Positions 22,085 to 34,463 of a DNA stretch of 64,000 bases are shown here, piece after piece (the stretch's first letter is position 1; each line of letters begins with the position of its first letter). The notes under the pieces were generated by a model, which ran no database searches, had not been told where the DNA came from, and saw only the letters and a list, made by a program, of their open reading frames with translations. The stretch covers positions 128,588,001-128,652,000 of the forward strand of contig CM097886.1 of assembly GCA_044892525.1 (NCBI GenBank). The letters are read 5' to 3'. The DNA comes from Schmidtea polychroa. Lineage: Eukaryota. A program made the position numbers and the translations under genes.

Positions 22085-24420
22085 AGTAACATTTTCATTA
22101 TAAGTAACACGTTATTTTCAAATATATATTTATTATAAAATCTGAATATTTAAACAATATATCAATTTAAATATCGTCACTCTTCCCTTCTTTAAGAACT
22201 GTGATACTCTTTCAGCCATTCAATTCTTCTGCATCTTTTCCCATCTGGATGTTCTAGTTCAACTTGGTGTTCCGTTGGAAAACCAAGAATCTTTACAGGA
22301 CCTTCGAACAAATTACCATGTTTTGATCTCTTATGTGGATTCATCTTTACTAGAACTCTTTGACCCACCTCAAAATGCATCTCTTGATCTCATTTTATCT
22401 GCCGCTACCATAACATTATTCTGTGCTGTCAATAATACTTTTTCTAGATTAAGATCTATGAATGAATTCTTTCCATGTATATTGACCTTTCTTCCAAATA
22501 GTATTTCCATTGGCGAAAATCCCGTAGAATTCTGTGTTGTTGAGTTTAAGGAATATTCAATTTTTGGTATAATGTCGTCCCAACACCTTCCAGTTTGACC
22601 ATCACTCAAAAATGTCACGATCATATCACGAACTGTTCGTATTACTCGTTCTGCTAAACCATTAGACTTATGATCATATGGCGAAGAATATATCCATTCG
22701 ATGTTAAAATTATCAACTAGGCCTTTGATTTGACTTCCCTCGAAAACCTTACCTCTATCCGAAACAATGTAAGCTGGTTTACCGAATTTGTATTTCCAAT
22801 TGTGTAAAAGTACACGATATACAGTCTTTTCATCTTGGTCGGAGTAGGCGTTAAACTAACCATCTTGCTGAACTGATCGATTATTAATACCAAATAACGG
22901 TTACGGTTTCTGGTTTCATTCATATGAGCAATATCGATTACGATTTGTTCCATCGAATTCATTATAACCCTAGGAATTAAATATTCAGCTGTTTTACTTG
23001 TCAAAACTTTCCTTCTCATGCATATATCACATTTTTTTATAATATCTCGTATATCGGTTACCATGTGTATCCAAAAGAAATAATCGTTCATATAATTTGT
23101 TGTTTTCTTAACACCTGAATGACAGAGTTCTTTGTGCATATGCTATACGACTTGTGACGCTATCTTCTGCGGAATTATTATCTTTTGCTTATCATCATTT
23201 ACTATTAATAACATATTGTCTTTTACCAATATCTGATCCAATCTTTTGAAATAAGGTGACAGTATCCAAAATAAAGTAATCGACCTTATTTGGAAACGCC
23301 AAGATTGGTGACTCGATAATACTTGTTTAAGTCTAGGGACGAATAAACTGAAGATCCGAACAAAGAATCGAATATTGTTTGAGGATCTGCTATTGGAAAA
23401 CTGAATTTTTCAGTAACTTCATTAACCTTCCTAAAATCTTGACACATCCTGATTTGCTAGTTAAATATATTTTCAATCTGATTGGTCGATAGGATATGAT
23501 CCGTCTTTCTTACCTACCACGACCGTAGGTGAGTTCCATTGGCTGTGGCATTTCCTGATAATGCCCATTTTTAATAATTTCATAATCATATCGTCCACTT
23601 TTGATTCCATCTCCATTGCAATGCGCCTATGATTTTGAATAATTGGATTTCCAGAAGTTTTTATAGTATGTGTAACCAAACTAGTACAACTAAGATCAAA
23701 ATCTGATGCCATGAAGATCGTACTATACATGGTTACTAACTCCACCAGTTTTGGGTCTGAATTTGGTCCAAAAACATCCAGCGTTTTTTTACATCGTTCG
23801 GTATCACTGTAACGAACACCAACCGTATCTGAATCTATTAATCCAACTGATGTATCTGGCACAAGTTTTATTTTAAAAGCTAAAATCAAATTCATTCCAC
23901 CTACAAAACTTGGACTTATATCCCTAACCACAATTACATTCACTTTCTGACACAATCGAAGTTGTAAAGTCACCTAAGCGTGATATCGTCTTATTTCCAA
24001 ACGCCCCCTCTGAGCGCCATATCTACCGGTTTTAAAACTGGACTGCCACACTTCTTTTGTGCGTCATTAAAGGCCATCCATAATTCTTTTGCGTCTCCAT
24101 GCAATAACAAATCGAATGCTGCTCCTAAATTGAGCGAATTTATCGTCACAAATTCTTCAATAGATACAAGTCAGTCCTTTGCATTTTCTTCTTTTCCTCC
24201 AAAAAACTTCTTTTTCACTGGATAAATTGAATTTTGAATATTCTTTGGTAAAGATTCCACAATTTTCTGCCTTTGCAGTGATCTCGTCAGAGCTGCGATT
24301 TCGGCGTGGTCGCCAGTAACATTTTCATTATAAGTCATTAAACTAACACGTTATTTTCAAATATATATTTATTATAAAATCTGAATATTTAAACAATATA
24401 TCAATTTAAATATCGTCTCT
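22085..24420 (-). mobile_element. Internally deleted Ty3/Gypsy element with ~100 bp LTRs
   Basis: Direct repeats at 22085-22181 and 24315-24420 (AGT...ACT type termini). PBS TGGCGACCACG (tRNA-Arg-like), PPT AAAGAAGGGAAG and AATAA on both flanks. Contains gag and protease fragments, the RT start (IRKCHSQWNSPTVVVGKKDGS) and integrase HKELCH...CDIC plus the rve core. Most of RT/RNase H is missing. Confidence 0.9.
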
Positions 24421-25121
24421 AATAATAATAATAATAATGAATAATTCTTTGATAAAATAAATGTTAAAATATTAAAATTTAAAAAACTATCATTTATTAA
24501 TAAATATACGAAAAATTTTTTTTTACAACTTTCAATTTTTCATTTATACATGTAAAAAACTAAACAGAATTTTTATTTTAAATTTATCCTAAATAATAAG
24601 TGTTTTTATTAAAATTACTTTTTCTTTCTGAACTCCTTGTTTTTAAAACAAGCACTAATAATTAAGAAATTTGAATAAACTAATATAAATTTTTTTATCA
24701 AAGTTAAACAAACAATGTTCAAGAAAATTAAAAAAACATATATGCGTTCAGCATAGATTTCATTTATTCATTCAACCAATCAAGTCCGGCCCGGGGTCGG
24801 CAGTTCAGTCTATCGTTTGGGGCGCTAGATTTTGTAGGACTCCGTGATACTCCAAAAAAGCGCAATGATGACTTCAAATTATCAAACAATGTTGTTAAAA
24901 AGTATAACCTAAGTCCTGAATACAACATACTTATTTTCTATCTATCATTATTTGAAATATGAAAATTATACTTTTAACCTTCTATGAAAGCATTAAAATA
25001 TTTTCTTCTAAATTAATTTTTCATCACTTTAAATTTAATGCAATTAATTTTCATTTAAAATTTTTAAGATTTAATATTTTTAAATTTAAAATATCAAAAT
25101 TTAAAGTTTGAAAATATTTAT

Positions 25122-26398
25122 TAAAATTCTTTTAAACCAATCAAAATTTAATAAAATTAATATATTAATTTTTTAGCATCAATTATGTATAATTTTTTGA
25201 AAATTTTAAAAATTAAAATGCTTACTGAAACTATTTTAATTAACAAAAACCAATTGGGCTTTAACATTAATTTTCATCCCCTAAATTCATGTTACAGACC
25301 CGCATTTGGTCTCCCCTTGATTAAAAAACATAATTTTCAACAAGTTTATGCAGCCAAACCGAGACCTGGTCAACCGATTAAAATATTAAATATAAATAAT
25401 ATCAATAAAACACCTGAAATAATATCCACAAGTAGTAGTAATAAAAGTTGGAATGAAAATGTAAAAGATAAGGCTCCAGAACATTTCATGAATGAGGCCA
25501 GTACTAAAATCATTTCACTGCAAAGATCAAAGAAATTATCAGATAATTCGAATAACAATTGTATAAAACCTAAAATTAAAAATTTAGTAATAAAAGCCAG
25601 AAAATTCAAAGAAAAAGTTCCAATTGCGGTAAGTTCCCATTTGAAATTAAAAAACACTAAAACTCCCAAACGAATTCCAAATTATTTTTACATTGAAGAA
25701 TTGTATGAAGATTTACACCCTTCCGATAAGGATAGTAATGAACTAATTCAACAGAAAATGAGGAAATCGGGACACAGTGAAGAACAAATCCGAGAGATTA
25801 GTGCGAGTAACGGATGGTATAAAATGGTCAATGAATTATATAGAAATGCAAGATCTAATGTCAATGATAAAAATCCTGGCTATTTTGTCAGTCAATCGTT
25901 GGTTATTGAAACTCCTAGAATCAATTTGATGGACACATCTAACGATGAAAGCACCAAGAACCTTAATGAGGATCCAGAAGTTATTGCTATGAGAAAACAT
26001 TTAAATTTAACTCCAAATAAAGATGACCGTTTGCGGTGGATTGCGATCCCACTAAGCTTATCAGATCATAATTTACATGAGTCTGTCAACCTTAAACATA
26101 TTTATAATAATGATTTGGATCCCAGATTAATAAAATATTTATAATAATAATTATTTTACCAATTTTATTTTTCATTTCCATTTAAAACTGGACACATTTA
26201 TTTAGTCGATTATTATTATAATTGTTTAAATTAAATTAATTATTTAAATAATTTAAAATTTTTATTATTAATTTTTGCTTTACAATAAGAAATTCTCATG
26301 TTTGATGTTTGTAGGATAAAATTTGATTGGTCAACATTGCGCATGTTGAAACTCTTTTGAAACTTGATAATGCTTCCTTCCTTCCTTCCTTTCATTTT
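25122..26398 (+). repeat. Right arm of inverted duplication
   Basis: See left arm, 17996-19272. Confidence 0.95.
25185..26144 (+). CDS. Orphan 319 aa basic protein, copy 2
   Basis: Intact ATG-to-TAA ORF; near-identical inverted copy at 18250-19209. Confidence 0.7.
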   Translation: MYNFLKILKIKMLTETILINKNQLGFNINFHPLNSCYRPAFGLPLIKKHNFQQVYAAKPRPGQPIKILNINNINKTPEIISTSSSNKSWNENVKDKAPEHFMNEASTKIISLQRSKKLSDNSNNNCIKPKIKNLVIKARKFKEKVPIAVSSHLKLKNTKTPKRIPNYFYIEELYEDLHPSDKDSNELIQQKMRKSGHSEEQIREISASNGWYKMVNELYRNARSNVNDKNPGYFVSQSLVIETPRINLMDTSNDESTKNLNEDPEVIAMRKHLNLTPNKDDRLRWIAIPLSLSDHNLHESVNLKHIYNNDLDPRLIKYL

Positions 26399-27389
26399 GT
26401 TGGGTTTTTATTTTTTAAAGTCGGTTCTCTCTCACCCTACACAAAATAACTTTATTTAATTTAAAAGTAATAAATTTTGAAAATTTCGTTCGTGAGCCCA
26501 TATCTATGTAGTGTCGGTAACAGTTAAAGAAAATTCATATTTTTGAAGAAGTTTGCATTCCCTATGGGTTTTAAGAGGATTTAGTCGATTAAATTGATGT
26601 TGAAACAGGGGTGTAATTATGATCATTTGGCTAGGGATTGGTTAAAGTGAGAATATATGATCTTGTAAGGGGATATAGTCGGTTGGATATTGATTTTTAA
26701 AGGGATAGAATTATAATGCTTTAGTGAGTTCTAATTGGTAAAATCTCAATGTTTTAAAGGAAATTACAATAAGGGGAAATATTCAGTATTTAGCAATGAT
26801 TCATTATTAGTTCATTGAATGTGTTGGAATTTTATTGTTGGTACTGAATCCTTGTGCTCTGTGTCAATTTCCAAATATGATCCAACTGATAACATTTTAT
26901 TAAAAGTCAAAAAGGTTTCATACAAGAAAATTGATGACAAAAGTTGAGAAATATTGACTTAAAAGTGATGTTATTTATCTACAACGTGTTATTTTAAGGA
27001 GATTTCAAGAGATTAAATCAACTGAATATCAGTTAACGGTAGAATATGGTCATTTGAAGGAATATAGAAATTTTATTGGATGGATAAATTTAATCTTTCA
27101 AAGGGATCTAGTCGTTTAAATGTGAATTGGACAGTAATATAAAATCTTAAAGCTATTTTATTTTAAATTTCGAGGAACGTGATTTACCACCCAAATTTTG
27201 CAAGTGTTGCACATAAAGAAGAATAATTGGAAAAATTTGTTCTTATCATTTTTTCTGGCTTTACAACTAATTTTGTACTTATCAATATTTTTATGATAAT
27301 TTTGAGGGGAAATCTATCTATAAAAAAATCATGTAATGAACGAACAACAAAATATATTTATTTGGTTGTAAACAAAAAATACATCAATA

Positions 27390-28040
27390 AATGCTATATT
27401 TTCAGTAGGATATTTCTGTATCTTTTCGCTTTCTTAATTTTTCTATATCTATTTCAATATTCGACGTTGCACATCTTAACTGATTCTCCAGATTTACGTT
27501 GGTTATTGACGCTCTATTTAAATTTGTATTGTATTTCATTTAAAAAAAAAGCTTCATAAACATGTAGATCCAAAGGCACTAACAACATTTTGAGTAAAAT
27601 GTCTGATGCGAGGGATTTTTTCCCGTTATGTATTTACTATAAAATTCAATTTTTGGAATCGTGGGGTATATATTTTTCAATTCAATATTGCATTGCAGGT
27701 CAATTAATTCCATTTGTAAGGTTTCTGAAACAGTATAAACATCAACACTAAATGAAGAGCTAAACATCTGAAATGCTTTCTCATAATCTACCAGTTCTGA
27801 AAAGCGAGTATTAAATGCTACCATAAGTTTTTTATTTCGTCAGCAAATTTAGAAAAATTCTTAATATTTCTTTCTTTCAATAATGGAAAATGTTGTGCAT
27901 TGTTATTTTTAAGTTGGCCTTCGAACAACAATAATTTCATTTGGAATACTTTTATCAGATGGTAAGCATGGGTAATTAAATTATTCTGACCTTGTAAGTC
28001 CCTATTTAGATGATTTGTTTATTCTTTAATATCTACCAGT
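27390..28040 (-). pseudogene. hAT (SPIN/GTF2IRD2-like) transposase C-terminal remnant
   Basis: LNRDLQGQNNLI...KLLLFEGQLKNNNAQHFPLL, FNTRFS...FSSSFSVDV...LQMELIDLQCN and NLENQLRCATS match the hAT C-terminal pattern. Stops and frameshifts present. Confidence 0.8.
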
Positions 28041-29411
28041 TTTACTCAAAATTTGAATTTTAATTTGAGTATTTTAGAAATCATTTAATAAATTCATAGG
28101 TATATTAAAAACAAGATCATTTATCATTCATAAATTATTGGTAAAAATATGAATATTTAAGATGGAAATTAAATCTTGATCAAAATGAAGTTTATAAATA
28201 AATTTATATCAGTTGAAGTTTCAGAAAATATTGACTTTAAGTAGATAGTTGATCCATTATCCAAAAATGAATTTCCAAATGTTTGTGATAAAACTGGAAC
28301 TGTCCAGTCGTTTTCAACTAGTAATTTATCCGATGAAAATTCACCAGAAATGGTGTCTACCTTTTACAATCAAGGCAATGGATTCAATGTCATTCTGAAT
28401 GGATCTAATGGAGCTGAACTTTATAATGCATTACCTAAAAACATAATCGAAGTTCCAACTCACGAAGGCATTGATTTGGCAGAGTAGGCGATGGCAAATA
28501 AACCTTTACATATTGCTTGTTTGTTACTGAAAGTTTGGATAAAATCGGTTGCTTATTTCTTGTCGAGTCTAAGTACTTATTGGCCTCACCACTTATATAG
28601 TTCACTTGTTGTAAATGCAATATTTCATTGCAGTACCACTGATATTTATGTATGAATTTAAGAACTTTTTATCCACATAGGATACATAAATTTAAGTGGT
28701 ACATTTAAGTCCTTAACATGCCATTGCATCATAAATGTCTTTTAAACTTTTCCAAATCGTTTGTATCAATTTCATAAGTTTCGAAGAGACCTAATCCATT
28801 CTCGATCATGGTTTTTCATTCATTTCTGTTGAATAGCTATTGATGTTATGTAAATACAAACACAGAGAAACAAAGTGCTTATCCAAATAAAATAAACATA
28901 CGATGTCAAACACGTTATTGATATCACATGTTGACATATTTATAATAAATATTATGTAAGGATAGTTCGCGAACATGATGTAATCATGTTGAAATATCCT
29001 CGCATATTTATTAATTAATTTGTAGTAGAATAAATAAGTTGTTGATTTGTATTTGGATTGTCGAGCAGGATGTTTGAAAAAATGGCTAACCTTGCAAAAT
29101 TTGAGAGAAACATGGGTCAAAAGAAATTGAAGATCATTTAAAGAATATTAAAAAAATCTTGAACCTCGAATCAGCATTGGGATTGGATTTAAAAATTGAT
29201 TTCTTCAAAAGTACTTTCTATGAAAAGATGCTCGATGAAATGGAATGTATAGAAGAGGACAAAACTAGAAATTAAAAGCTTTAGAAATATGGTCAGAGAA
29301 AACTAGCAGGATTAAGAAAATTCGAACATTAATGAATATAGTACAAGAAAATTCAGATAAAACTGGAATTCACAACGAGAATCAAAATTGAGGCAAACAA
29401 AAAAATTGATA

Positions 29412-29767
29412 CTTCCGTGTTATCTTACCCCCAAAAATTAAATTATAAATACAATTAAAATAACAATATAAAAAATGAGAGAATACATTATTGATGACGT
29501 TATTGAACATTATTGAACATGAATTTATTAAGGCTATCTGTGATTATGTGATTATGTGAGTTTATGTGGCGCAAACGTGTTCTAAGCAACCGTGCCGATG
29601 TGTTCGACACTATTCTCAACGACATTGTGGTTTTCTGGCCACCTGGATGACCATTTACAAACTCTTTACAAACATTTGCTGAGTTTGTAACTGTGATTTA
29701 GAAAATAAATATAATAATTATGTGTTCTTTTTGAATTTAATTTTTGGGGGGTAAGATAACACGGAAG
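29412..29767. mobile_element. Tc1/mariner-type MITE
   Basis: ~33 bp TIR CTTCCGTGTTATCTTACCCCC..AAAATTAAATT at both ends, with TA on each flank. Confidence 0.75.
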
Positions 29768-30189
29768 TACCAAAAAATTTATTAAATCACTTAAGTACGA
29801 ATTCACGTAAGTGGAGGGCTTAAATATATAATTTATTTGATATGTTATTATATCCATTATATTATAATATGTTACATTATAATAAAAATATATTAAAAAT
29901 GTTCAATGAAATTTGCACAGTAAATCATCATAAACAAAGATATGAGTAAAAAAAGTTCGATGATAAATAAATCTAAAAAATGTGTGGCCAGCTCATGTTA
30001 GATCTCAGTTAACCTTTTATGCCATGAGACCGTCCAACCTGATTTCGGGTCATTTATTTATTGAGATTTTTTGAAAATATATTTAGATTTCATCAAAATG
30101 ATTTAATACTTTTATCAAAATTAGTGTTTTTGATAATAATAATTATAATAATTATAATATGATGATGATGATTACTTGGTAGCAGCATT

Positions 30190-30335
30190 AATTAAATTTT
30201 AAAACAATAAAGTGATAATTTAAGCCTTTGCTGCAAATAATATATTAAATGAAAAAATTTTCGACTATAATATTTTTTCATTGAATATATTATACGCAGC
30301 AAAAGGCTTAAATTATAATTTAATTGTTTTAAAAA
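30190..30335. repeat. Second, decayed copy of the foldback hairpin family
   Basis: AAGCCTTTGCTGCAAATAATATATT...GAAAAAATTTTCGACTATA and the flank GGCTTAAATTAT.ATTTAATTGTTTTAA are shared with 21877-22045. Confidence 0.75.
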
Positions 30336-31061
30336 AGTAATAATTATTATTTTATTATTATTATTAGATTTTTTTTCTAATTTATCAGATATCGCCATTT
30401 TGACAAATTAATGAAATGTTAATAAAAATAAATATTAATTACACTAATTAAAGGTACCTGTGTAAACCTGTTACAATTGCTGACAAGTTTGTAATCTATT
30501 TAAGTTTTTGTATTAGATCATCAATCAAATTCCGCACGAATCAAAGTCATTATTTGCGGGTATCATTGGTTTTATTTATTTTAAATGTTTAAAAAACCTT
30601 ATTTTTGTTTTAATTTCGCAGTGGTACGCACTTCCTGCATCATTTCAAAGTTTCTTAAAGCAAATTTGTATTGGACTTTTCCCACAGATCACGGTCCCCA
30701 ACATTGAATCCTGAAATTTTGAAATATCAAAATTTGATTAAGTAGATAAATTTGATTCGATTTAGATTTGAAGTAAAATTTGAACTCATTTAAACAAAAA
30801 TGACAATGTTCTGGTCATTACTGAAAGATTTGATATTTGAACATTTTTGATAAAATAAAAAAAAAGAAATTTTAAATAAATTAAATTAAGAAAATATTAA
30901 GGGAATAAAAATATCAAGAATATTTTTCTTTATATTAAAACCTATTAGTTTTTGTTTAAATATTATTCTGAATTAAATTATTTTTGCTTTGAATTTATTC
31001 AATTTAGTAAATCTTATTCATATTTTTTTAATAGGTGTTTACTTTCTGAATTATAAATTTA

Positions 31062-31430
31062 ATGCCAAGTGATAAAACTCATATTAATATTGTCATTATC
31101 GGTCACGTTGATAGGGGCAAATCTACTTCTACAGGTAATCTTATCTATAAGAGCGCTGGTATCGACAAAAGAACAATGTAAAAGTTGAAAAAAAGCCCAG
31201 GAAATGGGAAGAGGTTCTTTCAGATATGCATGGATTCTAGATGATTTGAATGCAGCGTGGGAAAGGCCTATTACCAGTCACATAGATTTTATCAAGAACA
31301 TGATTATTGGCATCAACAAAGCTGATTGTGCAATTTTGGTTGTTATAGCTCGAACAGATGAATTTGGAGACGGTAGTTAAAAAGTGGTCAAACTCGAAAG
31401 CTTGTTTTTGTTGGTTTATACACTTGAGGC
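31062..31430 (+). pseudogene. EEF1A: EF1-alpha pseudogene fragment (intronless over this stretch)
   Basis: [65 protein letters not shown]...ADCAILVV. Contains stops, frameshifts and an internal deletion. Confidence 0.92.
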
Positions 31431-33317
31431 TAATAAAATACTCTACAAATCTGAAATCCCCCTCTTGAAACTCAATAACAATCAGAGTAGGTGGTACATA
31501 TATACCACGTATAGGTCAAAGATTCTAAGTATGTCTAATTGAATTCTCAATGGAATTCTGATGAAGGATTTAAAAAAAATAAAAATAATGTTGAGTTTTA
31601 AAATGAACGAAGTCTTTTGCACGATATCTGACTCAATTTATCCATGAAATGAACAATAATTCCAAAAAGTTTTTAATCTAAAATTTGCGCAATATAATAA
31701 TAAAGTAGGACAGTCTTTACCAATATAGGCGATGGCCTCATCCGAAAGCAATTGTAAAGGAAACAGGGAAACAAAATGATCTGTAGTCGTGATTTATGAC
31801 TATAAATCAATTTGTGATAATTAAATAAATAATTTTGAATAACGAAAAGGGAAACTATAATGGATCAACAATCTAGTTTTAAACGATCACGCAAATTCCG
31901 GGAACTCAGACTAATTCTTGTATCTTTTCATCAAAGATCAGCGCTGAGACAACTAAGTAGACCCAGTGTGTGACAGCTTATATTTCCTGAGGACGGTTTT
32001 CTTTCTTAGCATAAGCGGTGTTATTTTTGGCTACAATCATTTTCAATTTGTTATAAAGTTTAATATATGCCATCCGTGGATAAGGTGTTCGAGTTGAACG
32101 TTTAGCTAGCCAACATCAAACGAAACGGCTGGTGAAGGTCTCCGGATTTTTATCGTGATCAATTTGAACTGACTTTAACTTACATGCTTTTAAAATATCA
32201 TGTACAAATTGCTTTGCTTCACCTTCATTGTTCGGTGAGCTATTCAATGTTAATAGAAAGTTTTCCTGCTTTAGAATTCGTTTTAAAAAAGGATTTTTAA
32301 CATAGAGAGGAATGATCCACACGTCCAACCACGATCGCCGCCTTTGCACCAAAGAAATAACAACCTCATTTTGTATGAAAACTTTTGTCGTAAGAGCTTT
32401 TATCGGCAGTTGCGAACCCGTTAGAGAGTATAGGAGGGAGTAGTTATAATTTAGCATTTCACCAGTGTTCTGACTAACAACGACAGTGTACAGCACCAGC
32501 ATGACGATCATCATAGGTACAGTGGTCGGAGATTCGTAAATCATGGGCGTTTGCAAAGAGCCAATAGATCACTAAACTCTTTAATTGTTTATCTTTCCAT
32601 AAACGCCAACAGTATATTGTTGGGAGTTTTCACTTGAATATGTGGAGTAAATGGGATCAGGTATAAAGTAAAATTGATAATTTTGTTTAAACCGACTTTC
32701 ATTTAAATTCCAAAAAAATATTAAATATGATTCACAATTTTTATTTATAATTTATTAATTAGAAAAATGGTCCATAGTTTTACACTTATAAATAATTGAT
32801 TATAAACCAGTTTATAAGTTTCCATATAATGTATTGATTATAAATATTACCCATGATTTTCACATATAATTTATTTTAAAAATTTACTATCAGAACTTGT
32901 TGAAAATTTTCTGAAAATGTGAAGGAAAACGTCACAAAAGGCATATATTCTCCCATAGCCCGTGCTAGCTAGCCTGGCCTTGTTATGTCAACGGAAATAT
33001 TCGACTGGACAAATTTGGGTTCAACATTTCCCAATGACAATAAATGTATTCAAAATACAAAAACAACAGATTTATGTAAATATTTTCCACGATTAAATGT
33101 CCATATTTAAAACTTTCTCAAAAGTAAAACATTGGAATAAACAGGGGAATTTGGATGACCCGACAGGAAACATGAAGAAACAACGGACCAATCACGTTTA
33201 ATATTTCCACAGAAATTGCTATCAAATTAATTCATGACAATATAAACGAAAAAACCCAAATATATTAAACATATAAAGACTAGTAATGTTCACTTGAGCT
33301 GACCAACCAAAAAAAAA

Positions 33318-33536
33318 TCAACATAAAGATTTCATGGCTACCATGTTTTCAGCCCATTGCATCGGTAGCTGTATCAATTGCAGCAAAGGTTCCAAGATCG
33401 CCTTCAAAGCTCCGAAACACCCAGCAAAAGGTAAAAGAAAAACATAAACCCCCGCGAGAAAGCCTGCGAGAGGCCACGCAATAAATATTACCAACAAAAA
33501 CCACACAATCGCATTAACAATGCCAGGGCAGCCCAT
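33318..33536 (-). CDS. Small hydrophobic 72 aa protein (MGCPG...MVAMKSLC)
   Basis: Clean ORF with a long hydrophobic hairpin, preceded by a 46 nt GTGAGT...TTTAG 5'-UTR intron (33589-33544). From memory it resembles an unnamed small protein family of invertebrates; unverified. Confidence 0.75.
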   Translation of the reverse strand: MGCPGIVNAIVWFLLVIFIAWPLAGFLAGVYVFLLPFAGCFGALKAILEPLLQLIQLPMQWAENMVAMKSLC

Positions 33537-34463
33537 CAGAAATCTAAAGAATAAAATATAATTTCGTTTAATAAATCTTATCAACTCACTAATAAATAAT
33601 AATTGAAAATAATCTTAAAATACAAAATTCGGAATAATTTATCAAGATGTACATATCACATGCTACTAAAATAATTCAAAATTTGAATTTAATTAATTAA
33701 TTATTGATACATTTTTATTTCTATAACAAATTCTTTATAATATTAAAAATATTTTTTTCCAATTATTTTAAATTTAACTGCATAAAAAATTTGTGAACAA
33801 TCTTTTTAAAATTTTAAATATCTCTAAATTTTTCATTGTGCTTGTTTTAATATACAAATTGATATAAATTTTTAATATCAAATAGTCGCAATTTGACCTA
33901 GATATATTAATATATAGATTTTCTTTGATTTCCATTTAAACCAGGTAAATTTTAATATATTTCCTAAACCTTGTTCAAAAATCCTTTTCAAGTTAAAATA
34001 AATAAAAACAATTGCATAATTCTCTGTTTCTCTTAAACATAATTGATGATTAATGTTATTTGTTTTTATGTCACCATAATTACACAATTCAAAAGTTTTG
34101 GCGGCAGCAACAGTTACTAGAGTCATAGACACGGTAGTTTTGACGACTGTTTCCCTGTTTAAGGTAACTACTTTCCCTGACAACTATTTTAATATTTATA
34201 TATAAATGAATTCATGTTTTCATTATCATTAGTTTAATAAATTTTCGAATAAATAATGTTCATTTACAATTTTCACTTCAATCGAATAAATAAGCAAATT
34301 TCTTTCCATTTCAAAATGACTAACATTCAATCGATGTTGATTTTCAAGGTCAAGGAAATTTATTCGTTGATATTCACTTGATTTTTTATTAACAATTCAC
34401 TACTTATTCATTGTTATAATTATTTTTTTTCCTATAGATTAACATTATTAAAAAGGTTTCTCA

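Noticed and set aside
17996-26398. Polinton/Maverick interpretation of the long inverted repeats
   Set aside because: No polB, ATPase, capsid or protease genes in the spacer and no TSD found; the only integrase belongs to the Gypsy element.
26500-27200. Possible Penelope RT/GIY-YIG remnant (also ~56700-56990)
   Set aside because: Only faint motif resemblance; cannot be supported without a search.
32116-32556. 146 aa minus-strand ORF with TTG start
   Set aside because: Probably a degraded TE fragment; no recognisable motif and the neighbouring frames are broken.
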